Below are positions 28,145 through 31,226 of a DNA stretch of 31,226 nucleotides, piece after piece. The stretch's first letter is position 1. The number at the start of each line of letters is the position of its first letter. Origin of the DNA: a candidate division WOR-3 bacterium (GTDB taxonomy: Bacteria; Hydrothermota; Hydrothermia; LBFQ01). The translations under genes were made by a program, and so were the position numbers. The stretch covers positions 1 to 31,226 of the forward strand of contig JALUCS010000101.1 in the NCBI GenBank assembly GCA_027050205.1, given 5' to 3'. The notes beneath the pieces are model-generated. The model searched no databases. It saw only the letters and a list, made by a program, of their open reading frames with translations, and was not told the origin of the DNA.

Positions 28145-29305
28145 GGCATCAACGGGCTTCAGTCTCGCTGCTATTACGGCGGGTATGTATGCAGCCAACA
28201 GGGATATAACGAGGGTCAGGACCATTATGACGATCCAGTCGCTGACCTGCGGCTTGATGGGGACGTAGTCTATCATATAGACGTCCGCCGGTATCTTGAC
28301 CAACCGATAGGTATCCGTGACGTAGGAGATAGCCCACCCGAAGACGGAGCCGAGCAAGGCCCCCAGGATCCCCAGTATCCCACCGACCCCTGTAAATACG
28401 GAGGTCACGTCCCACTTCGTGAAGCCGAGGGCCTTCATCAGGCCGATCTCCCACCTCTTCTCCAGTGTGAGCATAGTTATGCTGACGACCACGTTTATGG
28501 CCGATATGATGAGTATGAGGGCGAAGGAGAGGCTTATGGCGAGCCTCTCCATCTTCAGGGCGGTGAAGAGGGTACGGTTTATGGACTGCCAGGAGGTGCA
28601 ACCGTAGTTGTGCTTAACCACCTCCCTACAGTACTTCCCAGCCTCGTAGGGGTTGGGAACGTAGCCGAAGATGAGGGGGGTTTCGTCATCCTTGAGGCCC
28701 ATTATCTTACGACCGGTGTTTATATCCACTATGATGGTCTGGTCGTCGTGCATCATTAGGCCAGTCTCAAACACCCCCACCACCTTCACCTTGTACGGTA
28801 CCATCTGGGGACCGAAGGGGGTCTGCCTTAGGCTCACTATCTCTATGGTGAAACCGGGGTCGACGCCCAGACGGGAGGCGAGACTCGTACCGATTATGGC
28901 TCCGGTGTCTATCTTCCCCATAACCATATAGTCCTTCAGCTCCCGGCGGATGTGTTGGAGGTCCTGCGACCGTAGGACGACCCCGTCCAGAGTGTTCCCT
29001 TGGCGCACTATCACCTTCGTCAGGATGGCCGGCGAGGGGTCTATGCCCAGCCCCTTCAGCTCCTTCATTACTCCATCAACGTCCCTGAAGGGTATCCCCA
29101 TCGGGTGGGTGATGTGGAGGTGGGGCTGGAGGATGAGGATGCGGCGCTTAAGCTCCGACTGAAAACCGTTCATTATGCCCGTGACGATTATGAGTATGGA
29201 GACGCCAAGGGCGATGGAGAGGACGCTCAACAGGGCGAATATGGAGACGACCTTGCTCCCGCTCGTGAATATGTACTTCCGTATCAGAAAGAGTCGCGCA
29301 CCCAC
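28127..29305 (-). CDS. Lipoprotein-releasing ABC transporter permease (LolC/E family)
   Basis: SIALGV..LI.V.GIMNGFQ.EL, W...N..LF.ALKMER, EK..EIG.MKALG, VY.ID..P, PA..AARL.PVDALR. Confidence 0.9.
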   Translation of the reverse strand: MGARLFLIRKYIFTSGSKVVSIFALLSVLSIALGVSILIIVTGIMNGFQSELKRRILILQPHLHITHPMGIPFRDVDGVMKELKGLGIDPSPAILTKVIVRQGNTLDGVVLRSQDLQHIRRELKDYMVMGKIDTGAIIGTSLASRLGVDPGFTIEIVSLRQTPFGPQMVPYKVKVVGVFETGLMMHDDQTIIVDINTGRKIMGLKDDETPLIFGYVPNPYEAGKYCREVVKHNYGCTSWQSINRTLFTALKMERLAISLSFALILIISAINVVVSITMLTLEKRWEIGLMKALGFTKWDVTSVFTGVGGILGILGALLGSVFGWAISYVTDTYRLVKIPADVYMIDYVPIKPQVSDWIVIMVLTLVISLLAAYIPAVIAARLKPVDALRKVV

Positions 29306-29318
29306 AGAACCCTCTATT

Positions 29319-29759
29319 CTACGGTAGTTTTACCCTTTTGGATAGTTCGGGGTGGTTCCTTATGGCTTCAATCTCCTCTTCGGATAGGGGCGAAGGCCTA
29401 TCCCTCTCCACATCTACGATACAGAGGAAACCGAGGGGTTCGCCCTTGTCGGCTATGAGCTGGTGGGGTGTCCAGGACGGGATCCAGATTACGTCGTAGG
29501 GCTTCACGTCGTACACCCTGTCCTTCACGAATACGGAGCCGCTACCCTTGAGGATCATAACGGCGTGCTGATGTTCGTGCTTCTCCAAGGAGGAGGCGTA
29601 GCCCGGCTGTATCTCAAAGTACCTCACCTCAAAGTTGAGGCCGTTCCGTTTTCCCAAGAGGACCACCTTTTTGACGTACGGTCTGTACCTCATAGGGTAG
29701 CCATCGGGCCAGGTTTCGCCGTCGTAGGGTAAATATACTGGCATCTCCTTCTTCTTCAT
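29319..29759 (-). CDS. Cupin domain protein
   Basis: FEVRYFEI.PG..SSLEKHEHQH, PSWTPHQ, GFLCIVD.ERDRP. Confidence 0.88.
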   Translation of the reverse strand: MKKKEMPVYLPYDGETWPDGYPMRYRPYVKKVVLLGKRNGLNFEVRYFEIQPGYASSLEKHEHQHAVMILKGSGSVFVKDRVYDVKPYDVIWIPSWTPHQLIADKGEPLGFLCIVDVERDRPSPLSEEEIEAIRNHPELSKRVKLP

Positions 29760-30308
29760 CGCAACATTCTACGGACGTAAGGCGATATACGCTTGTATCC
29801 TACGCCGTTCCCGGACAGATTATGCCTCGTCCCGTTCGTCGGGTAGGTGATAGAGGCCCGAAGTTTGCCATTACCTCGTTGGTATAACGTGCGCAATCTC
29901 AACGCAATAAGGATATTACGCAGATAACACCCTTTCAAACATTTCAACTCGGACTCATCCTTTGATTCTTAGGGAGGTCGCGGAATTCCCGCAGCCTCTT
30001 CCGTAAATCTAAAAACTGTAAAACTATAAAAATTTTACATCTTAACAAGTGTAATCAAAAGGTTCAGGGATAAGTTTTGAGATTCGTCCCCCACATCCTG
30101 CATTTGGAAAATTAACGGGCATCGGTAATCCAAGTTCACGGAGAACGCATCACTCCATCCGATAAATACTGCAATACATTTAGTATTTTGAGTGAAATCT
30201 GGGATAAATGCAAATTTCCGCAAGATTATTGCACGCCTATTCGGTTCGCTGCAGCCCAAAGGTGTCCGTTCCCCGTTGCTTTAACCTCCAATCCGGCGCC
30301 TGCCGAAC

Positions 30309-30346
30309 TGTCGCACTTTTACACGTATTTGTTGAAAGGTGAGACA
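30309..30346. repeat. 38-bp imperfect palindrome, copy B
   Basis: TGTCGCACTTTTACAC-GTATTT-GTTGAAAGGTGAGACA; same core as copy A; ends 12 nt before the TAAAAT box of the next gene. Confidence 0.85.
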
Positions 30347-30376
30347 CTTCAACGGCCTTAAAATCCTACGTAAATT

Positions 30377-31226
30377 ATGCCCTTCGTATTGAAATGTCCA
30401 GAGTGCGGGAGCTACATGGTTAAGAGGCTTAGGAGTAGGCCTTTACAGTTCTCCTGTCTCCTGTGTAGGCACACCTTCACCTTCAACGTTCCCCTTCCCA
30501 ACTACGAAGCCCAAGCCAAACGGGTCCCCTTTATGCAGAAGGCCCGTATGGTTGCGGACTACTACATCAAACTGCACCGGATGGGAGGTAAAGGGCCGGT
30601 CCGCGTAAGGGAAATCGTTGAGGAGTACGGCGTCGCCCGGAGTACGTTCTATAGGGCCAAAAGGTTGTTTGAGACGGAGAGACTCGTATTCGTATGGAGG
30701 CTGAACTACGAGGAGATGGAATTCCTCCGCAGGGAGGTGGAGGAGAGGGGGAGGTTGAGGCAGGGATGGGGATGGGTAGATATAAGGGAGGGGTTTGAGG
30801 CCTTTCGGAGGGCGTGGGAGGAGGCGGCGGAGAGGTTCGGATGGGATGCACCTTCGGAGAAGGAGGTCAGGCGGAGGTTCAACGTTTTGAAGGTTATGGT
30901 GGTCGCCAAGGCGGGAGATGTGGTTATAGTCCCCAAGTACGCTGGTCCCCATACCTTTATGGTGGCGAGGGTTTCCCGTGGCTACGGGTTTGAGATGACC
31001 GAGAAGGGGGACTACGGACACTACATCGGAGTAGAGAACCCACGGATCTTCTCTTCGGTCTTTGAGGACCTTGATGAGGTTGAGGACCTGTCCGACGAGT
31101 ACATAGAGGCGGTCCAGTCTATGAACGAGTTCCTAAGGACGATGAAGTCCCTACACTACGCCGTAAGCGTCATAGGGCCGGACATGGGGTACGTACGGGA
31201 TGTGGTGGAGAGGGTACTTTCGCTTT
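30377..31226 (+). CDS. Zn-ribbon + HTH + putative PUA/EVE-like domain protein (3' truncated by window)
   Basis: Open from ATG 30377 to the window end (283 codons): MPFVLKCPECGS...FSCLLCRHTF, VREIVEEYGVARSTFYRAKR, GRLRQGWG...GDVVIVPK...DYGHYI. Not in the ORF track. Confidence 0.8.
   Translation, partial: MPFVLKCPECGSYMVKRLRSRPLQFSCLLCRHTFTFNVPLPNYEAQAKRVPFMQKARMVADYYIKLHRMGGKGPVRVREIVEEYGVARSTFYRAKRLFETERLVFVWRLNYEEMEFLRREVEERGRLRQGWGWVDIREGFEAFRRAWEEAAERFGWDAPSEKEVRRRFNVLKVMVVAKAGDVVIVPKYAGPHTFMVARVSRGYGFEMTEKGDYGHYIGVENPRIFSSVFEDLDEVEDLSDEYIEAVQSMNEFLRTMKSLHYAVSVIGPDMGYVRDVVERVLSL

Noticed and set aside
14789..30308. Prophage or ICE between the two palindromes
   Set aside because: No integrase, phage or conjugation genes; the content is host-like core genes.

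Overview
Gene-dense, roughly 58-60% GC bacterial chromosome segment. It is probably from a thermophilic diderm with a type IX secretion (T9SS)-type sorting domain; a WOR-3/FCB-related lineage is an inference, not established. It has about 31 CDS, mostly housekeeping genes in scrambled order: SpoIID/LytB 3' end, acyltransferase, endonuclease IV, nuoJK-ktrB-ktrA-DUF21-radA, DUF1122, two FG-GAP-like secreted paralogs, rpsF-ssb-rpsR-rplI-DUF151, HicB-like, GT4, a divergent EF-G2, RsmB/F methyltransferase, barrel-fused SppA, mutS, PMM/PGM, two hypothetical secreted paralogs, pfkA, ABC solute-binding lipoprotein, SDH Clp-fold protease, GT4, LolC/E, cupin, and a Zn-ribbon/HTH/PUA-like ORF missing from the ORF track that runs off the window end. 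I saw no rRNA, tRNA, CRISPR array or intact transposase/integrase. Main highlights: (1) two 38-bp imperfect palindromes 15.56 kb apart share an identical 6-bp core and have reciprocally swapped arms (attL/attR-like); each borders a long AT-rich non-coding tract and one sits just upstream of the Zn-ribbon/HTH gene; (2) four secreted proteins start with an ultra-short, uncharged ML..LSQ leader; (3) nearly every operon-leading gene has a TAnAAT-type -10 box 6-9 nt before the start codon, suggesting leaderless mRNAs; (4) the EF-G paralog has degenerate GTPase motifs. All calls come from reading motifs by eye; no database searches were run.
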